64,000 nt of DNA from Azolla caroliniana (GCA_043228905.1 JBHGNT010000014.1:4216001-4280000), one strand, 5' to 3'; counted from the stretch's first letter, positions 11,061-23,226 are shown. Made by a program: numbers and translations. Notes: generated by a model from the letters alone, not told the origin.

Positions 11061-13670
11061 GCACAAAAGACTCCTTATTCCATAAAGCAATAATACAACA
11101 CCCAACCTTACAAAAAGGTTACAAGGTCACTATATATAGTGACCGACTTAGGGCAACTACCCTTTATGCTAATTACATAAATGGCCAAAACGGGATAGTG
11201 TGAATACGTCCATTATACACATGTATTCGACAGGTCTTCCCGCCAGAAGAACCCCGTGAAGCGGTACGGGTACAATGAGTACATGGCGCATCACTATGCA
11301 TACATGACCAAGGTGGCGGAAGTGTGTGAGCCAGAGAGCTACGTAGAAGCGGCAAAGGACGCAAATTGACGTGCCGCTATGGAGGAAGAAATGCGGGCAC
11401 TCGATGCCAATGACACATGGGACCTAGTTGACCCTCCCCGACACTGTAAACCGATCTTCTGTAAGTGGGTGTAGAAGGTAAAGTACAATGTCAACGGTTC
11501 GGTTAACTGGTACAAGGCCTGCTTAGTGGCGAAGGGATACGCGGAGACCCACGGAATCAACTACGACGAGACCTTCACTCCGGTAGCAAAGATGACGACG
11601 GTTAGTGTGGTGTTGGCGGTTGCTGCGGCAAGGGGGTGGCATCTTCACCAGATGGACGTGAAGAATGCATTTCTTCAAGGCAATCTTGAAGAAGAGGTGT
11701 TTATGACCCAACCCCTTGGTTTCCAGTCGGAGGTGAACAAGTCGGCGGTATGCCGGTTGAAGAAGTCACTTTATGGCCTGAAGCAAGCCCCCCGAGCTTG
11801 GAATGCGAAGATCACGCACCGGTTGCATAAGATGGGGTTTGTGGCCTCCAAGTCCGACTCTTCGTTGTTCATCCGGCAAGGTCCGGATGGTCCGGTTTGC
11901 ATCTTGTTGTATGTTGATGATCTAGTCATCACCGGACCCAGACTCGATGAAATCAACTGAGTCAAGTCCTAGCTGTCAGATGGATTTGAGATGGGGGACC
12001 TTCACTATTTCCTTGGGATCGAGCTGGTCCAAACCCCCGGCGGCATATTGCTCTCACAAAGACACTACGTGTTGAATATGATGTACAAGTTCGGCATGAT
12101 GGAATGCCGACCGATCTCCACACCCCTGGACGGGAACCGGAAGCTCCGTCCCGACTCCGGACCGGCCTGTGATGAGAAGTGGTTCCGACAATTTGTCGAA
12201 AGCCTTATGTATTTGAAAATCACCCGACCCGACATCAGTTATCCGGTCGGCGTGATCAGGCAATATATGCAGAAGCCGACCATGGAGCACCTTCTGTGCG
12301 CGGATCGAATTTTGCGATATGTGAGCGGCACGAAGGACCGGGGATTGTTATACTGGCGTGGTATAACCCAAGAGCAAATCGGCTACACCGATGCTCTGAC
12401 TGGGCCAACGATGCATCGGATCGCCAATCCACCTCGGGCTATATGTTTTCCCTTGGTAGCGCGGTTGTTGCATGGAGTAGCAAAAAGCAACCAACAGTGG
12501 CCCTTTCGAGCATTGAGGCTGAATACCGGGGTGCTACCGTTGCCACCTGTGAAGCCATTTGGCTTTGGCGACTGCTGCAAGACCTGCTGATCGTTGACCC
12601 TGATCGCGATATACTAGGACAACATAAGCAGCATGCAGCTCGCCAAGAACCCCGTATTCCATGCTCGCACAAAGCACATAGAAGTGCACTACCACTTCGT
12701 GCGTGAGTGTGTCCTGAGCGGTGAAGTCGAACTTCGATATGTTCATACAGATCGGCAAGTTGCCGACATCTTCACCAAACCGCTTGGATCGGACAAGCTG
12801 CAACACTTCACCGAAATGCTTGGTGTTCAACATCTCGACGTGCCACACTTGAGGGGGAGAACGGGCAAAAACACCGAAACAGGTAAAGGCAAAGAAACTG
12901 CCGATTGCGCTAGTGACGGAAGAACTGACAAAGGCAGAGACAAGAAGAAGAAAGGAGTCGAGTCGACAAAGGAAGTTGACACATCCGAACAAGTCGGAAC
13001 AAGCGGGCAGTGGCGACAGAGTTAAGAAAGACAGAGCCGACCGGAAGAAGAAGGCCAAGACCCGGACATGGTCCGATGTGGTGAAAGGCCTCGAACCGGA
13101 AGACGAATCGGGAGCGACTGATTCAGACAAGAGCTAGAACGAATCGGAGACAACCGATTCGGTTCAACAGATGGATTCGGAAAAACCAGATCAATTCAAG
13201 GCCAAGAGGACGAGAAGGCAGCGAAAGTCGATGCCAACACGAAGGAATTGGCGAATCGGCAATCGCCGAAGTCACAACAGTGAGGGAGCTGAATTGGGCT
13301 TGTTGAGAAGACAAGCTGACCGAGGAGGTCGAGGTGCGCAGAATCAGAAGGGTCGTGGAAAACGGCACCGAACCGGACGAGGAGCGTGAGCGAGGCGGAG
13401 TGATGCCAGAAGGACCCAGGTCGAAGGACCGGCTGCCATGGAGACTGACACTACGATCTGACCTCAAGTTGAGCTTGACGGGGGAGTGTTGAGTGGCAAG
13501 CTCAACCGGATCTGGATCAGCTGAATAAGCCTGAGCCGGATTGGCATCCAGAAGGTTGAGCCGATCGGTGAGCCGGTGAGCTGGGGAGCCAGTTAGCTGG
13601 ATCCAACAGTAACCGGAAGCCTAGTAGCAGCCTAGACTACTAGGTAGTTAATGTCTCATAGTTGTGATTC

Positions 13671-16600
13671 TGTGAGGAATAGTACGAAAATAGAGAGAGA
13701 ATTAGTACTAGAGGGAGAGAGAGGGAGAGATGATGATAACAGATAATATATTATGTGAAGAGTAAGTACAAAAGGGCTATGAGGCTTAAGACTGGTGTTG
13801 AACCCGTTTGGTTCAAAATAATGCCTAGTGCCTTCTTTTATAGTGTTCTTAGGAGTAATCTTGAAGCTTCTAGAACATTCCAGAGAAATCTAGAATATAC
13901 ATTAATTTCCTATAATAAAACTTAAATGAAAATAATAATGGTCAAGAGCTCGAGCCATATAACATAAGGTCATGGGTTCAAGTTTTGCCATACCATGACA
14001 CTATCCCCCCCTTAAGACGAGGAGTAGAACGAGTCGGCGTTGATTGCGGAACGGGTTTGTCCGGATACTTTCGGTGGAAATCATCAAGAAGATCCTGAGC
14101 ATTGGTGACATGCTCGACGGGTTCCCAAGTACGTTCGCTCGGACTATAGCTGAGCCAATCGACCAAATAATAAAGTTTGTTGCGAACAAGTTTGGAATCG
14201 AGGACGGCAGCAACTTCATACTCCGGGTCGGCGTCCAACTCAAGCGGGGGCGGCGGTGGTGTAACACAATCGGGAATAGTGCTTGCTTTATAAGCTTCAA
14301 GAAGAGAACTATAGAAAACGGAATGTATCTGAAGATGCAGAGGGAGATCAAGGCGGAACGTGACATCATTAACCTTACCAGTAATACGGAAAGGACCGAG
14401 TCGTCGATAATCCAACTTGTCGCACGGTTGTGTAGTCTTGATGTGATGACGTAAGAGCCATACTCGATCTCCGATGGCAAAAGAGGAGTGAAGCCGATGA
14501 CAATCCGCATAAGTCTTCTGTGTGTGTTGAGCATGACGAAGATGAGTAGAGAGATCTAGCTGGATCTTGCGTAGCCTCTCCAAATGATCCTCGGCACGAG
14601 GATTGGTAGGTAGCTCCGAGGTGTCGATCACCGACCAACGAGGATGAGAACCGATATAAGCGTAAAATGGGGAGACCCGAGTTGAGGAGTGACCAACATT
14701 ATTATATGCAAACTCCGCAAAGTGGAGAATCTCGGCCCAATCGTCTTATTGATAACTCAGAAAACACCGGAGATATTGTTCCAGCGTTGGGTTTTTTCGT
14801 TCCGCCTGCCCATCAGTTTGGGGATGGTAGCCGGAGGAGAGGTTGCAAGAGACCTTGAGCATCTTGAAGCGATGTTGGCAAAATTTGGAAATGAATTGAG
14901 GGCCTCGGTCACTGATGATACTGTCTAGGAGGTCATGATGCCGAAATACCTCACGCATGACAAGGGCGACAGTTTCCTCGCTAGTGATGGCCTTAGTACA
15001 CGGCACAAAATGTGTCGTCTTAGTATATTGATCGACAACAGTTAAGATAACATTGAACCCCTTTGAGACCGGCAGATCTATAATAAAATCAAGACAAATA
15101 GACTGCCATGGCTTACTTGGAATCTGTAAGGGTTCCAACAAGCCATATGGATGGTGTCGTGGCATCTTTGCTCAACAGCAAGCACCACAGGTCCGAATAT
15201 AGTCGTCGACAAAACGTCGCATATGGGGCCACCAAAAAGATCGTTGAACTAGATCCAACGTCTTAGTACTACCGAAATGTCCCGCCGTATTGGTGTCGTG
15301 ACAACTTTGGACGATTTGAAGGCAACAGGAGCAATCGGGGACATATATAAGCTTTTTAAAGAATAACAAACCATCATGATATTCGAATTGTCGGTAGTCC
15401 ATACCTGGTTGTTGAGACTGGGAGCAGGATGCTCGAGAGGTATAAATGTGCGCCAGAATGTCTTGAGCAAAACAGTCTGTCTTCAAGTTCGCACGTATGC
15501 CATCAGTAATCTGGGAATTCATTGGGGTGTGAAAAATCCGCGTTATCTACAATCTTGTTGGTCCCAAGATTACTTGCTTTTGATTATCAAACACTGGATC
15601 ACCAAGACGAGGTGTGTAGGCTCGAGGGACTTCTAACTCGGTTAGTAACAAGTTGTAGATTGGTCCCCATGGTGGCTCTGCTCCTGGTCGTAAATCGATG
15701 GGACAATCGTAGGGACGGTATTGAGGAAGACTACTGGCTTTTACCTTGTCAAATACATTGGCATAAGGATGATATTTCACCGGAAGTTGCACTAAGGATT
15801 CCTTCTTAATATTGCTGGAAGGATGTACTGATATTGCAAATAGGAACATTGCCTCCTTGTGTCCTTCTTCGTATGGTCGAAACTCGATGAGTAGATTCTT
15901 GGGGTTGTCAATATCAGACTTCTCTTGTTCTCCAATCTATGTCTGGATTAGGCAATTCAAACCAAGGTAATCCCAGGACAATAGGATGCTCTGAACTACT
16001 AATTATATTGAATGATACTACACACACAAAAACTACCTAGGACAACTTGAATGGGTTTTGACTCTTCTACAATATTCCCGGAAGCAATGGGACAACCATC
16101 AATGACTATTACAGATGCGGGGCAAGGAAGATTTCTTAAGGATATCTAAGAAGCTTGGGCAAAATTTCGATCCATGAAACAGGAATTGGCTCCGGAATCT
16201 AAAAGTGCTAGGACGTGTACTCGAGGAGTACTTTTAGTATTAACCATGACTTGGGCTAGGAACACATTGCTAACTTGCTTGGAGGGAATGGAACCACTAA
16301 TGGGTTGTACAGATCTAGGGCTGTCCAACCAAACGGCTCTTATTTTGGCTGGACTCAATCGTTTAACTCTTCATCTAATTGACTAAGGATTTCAAATTTG
16401 TTTGAGATACTTGGGCTATTAGTACTATTAATACTATCAGAAACTCTATTCGTACTATTAATACTATCAGACACTCCAAAGGGAAGAATTGACTCGGGTT
16501 TAGTACAGGCTACAATTTGATTTACCTGTCTTCTTGGCCTATGGGGACAATTGGTTGCGATATGCCCTAGTCCCCTGCAATAAAAACATAATCGATTTGC

Positions 16601-18020
16601 ACGGCGTCGTTGCTTTTCTTCTTCCGATAATGGGCCATGTCGACGCATGGTGTCGATCTCCATCGGTGTTGGAATATTTGCTTGAGATATGTCTTGTGCA
16701 AACGTTTTAGGCACGACTGAGGCATATATGGGCTCTGGCCTAGGGCGCAGTATTTGTTATTGACGTTCCGAACGTCGTTCGTAAAGGCGGTTGTCGCAAC
16801 GAACCGCTCGACAGATTGCCTCTGTAAGAGACTTTGGTTCTTTGGGGAAGGTTAGAAGTAGATCTTTGACATCGTTTCGTAGGCTGTAGCGAAACTGCTC
16901 CATTAGTGCCTGATCATCCCAGGGGATATCTGAGGCGAGTAGACGGAAATCCGCCGCGTAGGCAGAGGCTGGACGATCGCCTTGAAGCAATCGTCGGATT
17001 TTGTTGATCGACGTCCTGATGTTGTCTGTATCTCCAAAGCAAGCTTTAAACTCGCTAATAAAGTCTTCAAAGTTATTAAGTAAGGGCGATTGTTTTTCTA
17101 GAAGCGGAGCAAACCATGCCAAGGCTAAGCCGCTAAGCAACGTGCCTATTAGGCTGACTCTGGATGCATCAGTGGGGTATCGAGAAGGATGCATTTGAAT
17201 GACTAAGCATACCTGATTGAGGAATCCCCTAAATTGTGATCGCGTTCCATCAAATTTCACAGGAAGTCCAATCTTTGGCTCTTTATGAAATCCTTGGGGA
17301 CTTGATCCTTGTTGTTGCAACGCTGCTTCAAGTTGTTGCACACATAATGCTAACTCCCCATGTTGTTGTTGCGTTTGCTGTTTTTCTAGGGCGATTTGTT
17401 GAAGATCCCCTAACAACCATTGGTTTTCTTGTTCCAAGGCAACAAAATTTTCTTTTAGAAACTGTAGCTCGGAGAAAACGGATGGGTATTCTTGGGCGCC
17501 AACAGAAGCCATTGTATAAAAAAAAGGATAAGAGGATGAGGGAAACCAAAAGAAAGACTGGAGAGGAAAATTGGTTCAAACTTTCAGGAATAGTACTAAA
17601 ACAGAGAGAGAATTAGTACTAGAGAAGGGAAGTACTATTAGTACTAAGAGGACGAGATTGCGTAAGACTCCCGAGAGAGAGACAGAGAGATGGCGAGGAC
17701 GAGAGAGAGAGAGGGAGGGAGAGATGATGATAACAAATGATATATTATGTGAAGAGTAAGTACAGAAGGGCTATGAGGCTTAAGAGTGGTGTTGAACCAA
17801 TTTGGTTCAAAATAATTCCTAGTGCCTTCTTATATAATGTTCTTAGGAGTAATCCTGAAGCTTCTAGAATGTTCCAGAGAAATCTGGAATATACATTAAT
17901 TTCCTATAATAAAACTTAAATGAAAATAATATCCTACGTATTACAATAGATGGTATAATGGTCAAGAGCTCGACCCATATAACATAAGGTCATGGGTTCA
18001 AGTCTTGTCATATCATGACA
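13671..18020 (-). mobile_element. Tcn1-like chromovirus copy 2, internally deleted (lacks RT/RNase H), inserted in the copia A 3' LTR
   Basis: 5' LTR 17582-18020; gag 16355-17512 (PVKFDG, CFYCRGLGHIATNC); protease (ALLDSGA); deletion junction near 15612; integrase and full chromodomain 14001-15520; PPT 14001-14011; 3' LTR 13671-14000. Flanks GATTC/GTAGC do not form a TSD. Confidence 0.92.
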
Positions 18021-18202
18021 GTAGCTAGTGTCAAACGCTCGTGTGAGCATTGAAGTATACCGTACTTTTGTCAGTCCTCTTAGGACTTGTATAAATAGTG
18101 TTGCTGAGCACGTTGTATAAACAGAGAATTTTATAGAGTTGTTGATAATAGATTTGAGTAGTTCTGCTCTTTCTCTGTCTCTCCCGCGTACCTTCTGTGT
18201 CT

Positions 18203-18253
<51 letters not shown>

Positions 18254-18296
18254 TTGTTATCCGGCTAAGCTGGTTGTCTAATGCTTCGTTTTTACA

Positions 18297-21200
18297 GAAC
18301 ATAATCGACCGAAGAAGAATCTCTGAAGGTGGAAAAGCAAAGGCTTTACCATGTAGAGATAACATCTTCCGAAATTGGTTTTCTTCAGCTCGATTGAGGA
18401 AGTCACCCCTTCCTATCTAAAGCTTCCCTTGCAAAGAATCTGAAAACACGTGACCAATCTTCCTCAGATCCGGTAACATTGGTTCTTGCTTCACTCTTTT
18501 GAGGTGATCTATGCTATCAGCCGGCAATGGTTCCACTACAGGTCGAACTTTCCGATCCACTGTCTTATATTTTGTATGGACGTGAGCAAACATATCCATC
18601 TGATTCCGAAATGTTGCAATTTCAGCATACATATCCACTGAATTGGTCAAAATAAAAAATGGCTAACCTTCATTCACATACAAAGAGTTTTCGAGCTCCC
18701 CAATGTTATCCACAAAGGAAAGTTCCTCCATAATTCCTGACACTTGCTCATCCAGTTCCAAAATTCGATACTTAAGAAACATCACCCGAATGTCTTCCAC
18801 ATTTCCCTAGCTTTTACGACTAAAATCATCAACAGAAGAAAGTGAGATTGCTCCGGTATAAGAAACATAAACTTTATTATTTCTGGAACAATTATTCTCA
18901 TACAGGGACTTTTGTTGTCCTGGACTATTATAGCCCAATTTTACAATAGTCCTACCTAAAAATCTTGATCAGAGGATACATGCAAACTATCCTTATTTCT
19001 TTCATGATTAGGTTGAATTGTCTGAGACTGTATTGTCCTTCCAACGTCCATATCTTTGATCCGAGCATAGGCCGATCCATCATCCAACACCTTTGTCTCC
19101 ATACAGACAACCACCATGAAGGGTTGACCCAATATAACTAGATATGTGGCTGAATCCTAAATAAAGAAATGTTGAAGCACAATAACACCACCAATTGATA
19201 CCTCCACATCTGGGCAAGCTCCAGATAAATCTCCGAGCCACTATCAATCAAAGCCATGACTGCATCTGATAAACCACCAAGTTGTACTTTCATTTCTATA
19301 GTTGCCCGAGCCCAGTGATTCTGAGTAAAGTGGCTCCTCGGATTATTATCTTCATGCGTTAGAACTTGTGTAGATCCTTCTTTCCATCTTGCCTCTTTTG
19401 CAGACATTGCTATATCAACCAGAATTTTCTTCCTTCGCACCTTCTCCATTAAATCATCCTGAACTTCCTTTTTGGAGACCGCCAAAAGTCTCCCAATGGA
19501 ATTGAGATATGTTGCTTTAGAACATAATTTTCAATGAAAGAGAAAGCATCTACCTCTTGTTCCAATTCAGACCGCATCCGGAATGCTGGAGATGACTTCT
19601 TGGATGCCTGTACAGGTTTTAGTTCAGCCCTTTGTATGTCCAAATTTGGCCTTTCGGATGGAGAATGAAAATCAACCCTCTTCAGAACTCATTCACGATC
19701 CAACTCTTCCTCTCTTCTCCTCTTCTTCTCTACCATCACATCATAATCTATGGGAAAAGTTGGATCACTCTAGCCAGTCATTTGACAACGATCTTCAATA
19801 CAAATAGTTTGAATAGTTGGATCTTGCTTTGGCATTAGTCGAACAACAGTCGAAGTAGAATGGAAAATAGCTTGTGCATGTCGAAGCTCTTCTTCCTCCA
19901 AGAGCTTTTTCATTCCTCCTCGCCCAAAATTTGTCTTCAGTGGTTGACGAGTCCTAGATGAGTGGATCAACCGATCCTTGTAGAATATGAGGTTCTTCTG
20001 CATAGCCTCCTGATGTTGCACACACTCCGATCTTCGATGCTCCAAACTATCACACCATAAGCATCGTAAATCCCTAGTCAAAAGAGTTCGTTGCATTTGT
20101 GGCTGATGTTGCACCTTCGACATGGAAGAAATCTTTCACTCCATGAATTGCTTCACCAACTCATCTATGTCACTTGGTTGTGTTTTTTCCATAGATGCCT
20201 CGATCCCTGATCTTGTCCTTAAAGAGGAGGTCAAAGTAACATTTCTGGGTCCCTTCGAGCCCAACCATGTTCATCTTTTCTCATATCGAAGGTAGATGGA
20301 CTGAATTCAGCTCCAGTCCTCCTCTAAACCTGTTTCAGATTCACATGATTCCATAAGTTTCCCTAGCTCTACCCTATCCGCATAGGGAATCGAGCGAAGG
20401 AAGAGAACCACCTTCTCTAGCTCAAGCAAAGTTTGCTCCCGAATTGAGAGTTGTCAAAACTTTGCTTCAAAATCAATAAGGGTCTCTAGAACTGACCCAC
20501 GCTTCTTGTCCAACTCCACCCACACTTCAAATGCCTATCGAGTCATCTTGGTGGAATCAACATAATTGACAACACCAAGCAGATCACGACGGAATGCCTC
20601 CCAATCAACATATTGCGTCTGAAGCTCTTCTATGATAGGAAAAACATCGGCAACTACCACACAATGAAAGTTGGATTTCTTCAAATCAGCGGAAATATTG
20701 CGATGTAACTGCTCCGCATTGAACACCTACAAAAATCGGGTCACATCCTTTCTAGTGAATGGACCTAACTTGTCTAATACCCCATCCATAGCTCGATTTA
20801 GATTCGAACTCGTCTCCCTACCTGTGAGAACAACTTATAGAATTGATTGAAGTTGTGTTGCATCCATGTTTGAAAGAAGTAAAATCCCAAAGAACTTGTT
20901 CTCCCTGCCGCCCATTCATGTCGGGTTCACCCCATGTCGCATCAAAGAAATTGGCGTGTCGTGCGGAACCACTGGGGTTCTGAACCAGGAGAGTGAAAAT
21001 AAGAAGGACGGGAAGAGTAGGAAGTCAAGCCCAAAGTATCCCAATAGCCACGAGTAGCTTGCAAGCGTACTCGTGAAGACAAAAATCCTTCTATCTTTCT
21101 ACTGATGTAACAAAATTAAGCATATAGACACAATTGGAAAGCCCTCAAAAAGAGCTTTCCAACGAGCTATAGAATGTCGAAAACGGATGTCAGAATTGAG

Positions 21201-21539
21201 AGTTATGAATAAAACACCATACATAGCTATCCCTCAAGCACGGAAGAAGAAAGAATGCCAAATCTCTCTTTCCTTGAGAAGAGAAAAGCCCCCCCCCCCC
21301 CCGCCCCCCCCCCCAATAACAATAATTCTCCCCTCTTATACTAAATGGATGCTTTTACATGTGGAGAAGCTTTGCATGTGCGTGATATGGTGCGCATGGA
21401 ATACATTCGATGATTTTGACTATACACTATTTGTTCCAATAAAATAATGCAAATAAACCCCTAATAACAATAATATTAAAGAAACTTGAGTCTAGAATGT
21501 AAATCAATTCCAATGAGTCGAATCAGGTGGATCTCCAAG
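18297..21539 (-). mobile_element. Degenerate gypsy-type element with tRNA-Trp PBS (LTR, gag, protease, start of pol)
   Basis: LTR 3' end ...GATGCGACA at 20935; PBS 20914-20932; gag fragments (FNAEQ..WEAFRRDL; CLWCDSLEHRRSEC); protease ALIDSGSE; pre-RT KYKTVDRKVRPV and GKAFAF. The LTR probably resumes at 28552-28647 after the nested chromovirus. Confidence 0.75.
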
Positions 21540-21685
21540 TGTCATGATATGGCAAAACTCAACCCCATGACCTTATGGTATATGGGTCGAGCTCTTAACC
21601 ATCACACCATCTATTGTAATTTGTAGGATATTATTTTCATTTATACTTTATTATAAGAAATTAATGTATATTCCAGATTTCTTTG

Positions 21686-21703
21686 GAACATTCTAGAAGC
21701 TTC
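21686..21703 (+). promoter_or_regulatory. Perfect four-unit heat-shock element in chromovirus LTR U3
   Basis: GAAcaTTCtaGAAgcTTC about 20 bp upstream of TATAAAA (21724); present in the sister LTRs too. Confidence 0.7.
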
Positions 21704-21831
21704 AGGACTACTCCTAAGAACACTATAAAAGGGGGCGCAAGGCATTGTTTTGAAGCAAATTGGATCAATGCCAGTCTTAAGCCTCTTAGCCACTTTGGAC
21801 TTATCCTTCACATAATATATTAGCTGTTATC

Positions 21832-21870
<39 letters not shown>

Positions 21871-21998
21871 CTTGCTATCTCTCTTTCCTCTTCTCTCTTT
21901 CTCTCTCGGGAATCTTACGCATACCCGTCCTCTTAGTACTAATAGTACTTCTCTTCTTTAGTACTAACTCTCTCTCTGTTTTAGTACTATTCCTGACA

Positions 21999-22012
21999 GT
22001 TTGAACCAATTT
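21999..22012 (+). promoter_or_regulatory. Non-tRNA (self-priming type) PBS
   Basis: GTTTGAACCAATTT directly after the 5' LTR; complementary to AAATTGGTTCAA found 33 nt after the LTR TATA box (28321-28332). Confidence 0.75.
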
Positions 22013-23106
22013 TCCTCCTCAAGCCTATTTGTCGTTCTCCCTCATCCTCCTACCCTTATCCCTATACTATGGCTACTGTTAGTGCCCAAGAATATCAATC
22101 TGTTTTCTCCAAGCTATAGAGCCTAAAAGAAAAATTGGTTGCCTTGGAACAAGAAAACCAACGACTCATAGGGGATCTGCAACAAATTGCTCTAGAAAAA
22201 CAACAAACGCAACAACAGCATGGGGAGTTAGCGTTACGGGTACAACAACTCGAAGCAGCATTGCAACAACAAGGATCAAGTCCCCAAGGATTTCATAAAG
22301 AGCCGAAGATTGGACTTCCTGTGAAATTTGATGGAACGCGATCGCAATTCAGGGGATTCCTTAACCAGGTACGATTGGTCATCCAAATGCATCCTTCCCG
22401 ATACCCCGCTGATGCATCCCGAGTTGGCCTAATAGGCACGTTGCTTAGCGGCTCAGCCTTAGCATGGTTCGCTCCGCTTCTAGAAAAACAATCGCCCTTG
22501 CTTAATAACTTTGAAGATTTTATTAAAGAGTTTAAAGCCTACTTTGTAGACACCGACGACATCAGGACGACGATCAACAAGATCCGACAATTGCGTCAAG
22601 GCGATCGTCCAGCCTCTGCCTATGCGGCGGATTTCCGTCTACTCGCCTTAGATATCCCCTGGGATGATCAAGCACTAATGGAGAAGTTTCGCTACGGCCT
22701 GCGAAACGATGTAAAAGATTTACTTTTAACCTTCCCCGAAGAACCAAAATCTCTTGACAAGGCAATCAGTCGAGCGGTTCAATGTGACAACCGCCTTTTC
22801 GAATGACGTTCCGAACGTCAATTACAAATACCACACTCTAGGCCGGAGCCCACATACGCCTCAGTTGTGGCTAAACCGTTTGCACGAGACATACCTCAAG
22901 CAAATACTCTGACACCGATGGAGATTGACACCATGCGTCGACGTGGCCCGTTATTGGAAGAAGAAAAGCAACGACGCCGTGCAAATCGATTATGTCTTTA
23001 TTGCGGTGGACCAGGGCATATCGCAATCAATGGTTCCCATATGCTAAGAAAACAGGTAAATCAAATCGTAGTCTGTACTAAACCCGAGTCAATTCTTCCC
23101 TTAGGA

Positions 23107-23226
23107 GTGTCTGATAGTATTAATAGCACTAATAAAGTGTCTGATAGTATTAATAGTATTAATAGAGTGTCTGATAGTATTAATAGTACTAATAGAGTGT
23201 TTGATAGTATTAATAGTACTAATAGC
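23107..23226 (+). repeat. 30-bp in-frame tandem repeat in gag C-terminus (VSDSINSTNR x4)
   Basis: GTGTCTGATAGTATTAATAGTACTAATAGA-like units; only two units in copy 2. Confidence 0.9.

Larger units (their letters stand above)
5770..11232 (-). mobile_element. Full-length, very young Ty1/copia element (family B)
   Basis: LTRs 5770-6059 and 10939-11232 look identical apart from 4 bp of (GA)n. TSD GGTCT at 5765-5769 and 11233-11237. iMet PBS 10925-10936; PPT at about 6060-6067. Confidence 0.97.
3531..18296 (+). mobile_element. Degenerate Ty1/copia element (family A), 5'-truncated, host of three nested insertions
   Basis: Pol remnants at 3531-4052, 4723-5769 and 11238-12860 (CEACQLGKQ, LIHS|DVCGP, TPEQNGVAERKN, QMDVKNAFL, LYVDDL, RTKHIEVHYHF). 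PPT 13479-13486. 3' LTR split into 13487-13670 and 18021-18296 (TGTTGAG...TTTACA), collinear with the LTR at 40400-40801. Confidence 0.85.

Noticed and set aside
17944-18015. Functional tRNA gene
   Set aside because: Acceptor and anticodon stems do not pair; reported only as a tRNA-derived module in an LTR.
20919-20925. TGTCGGG as the LTR end of the 18297-21539 element
   Set aside because: It lies within the tRNA-Trp PBS; the better LTR edge is 20935.
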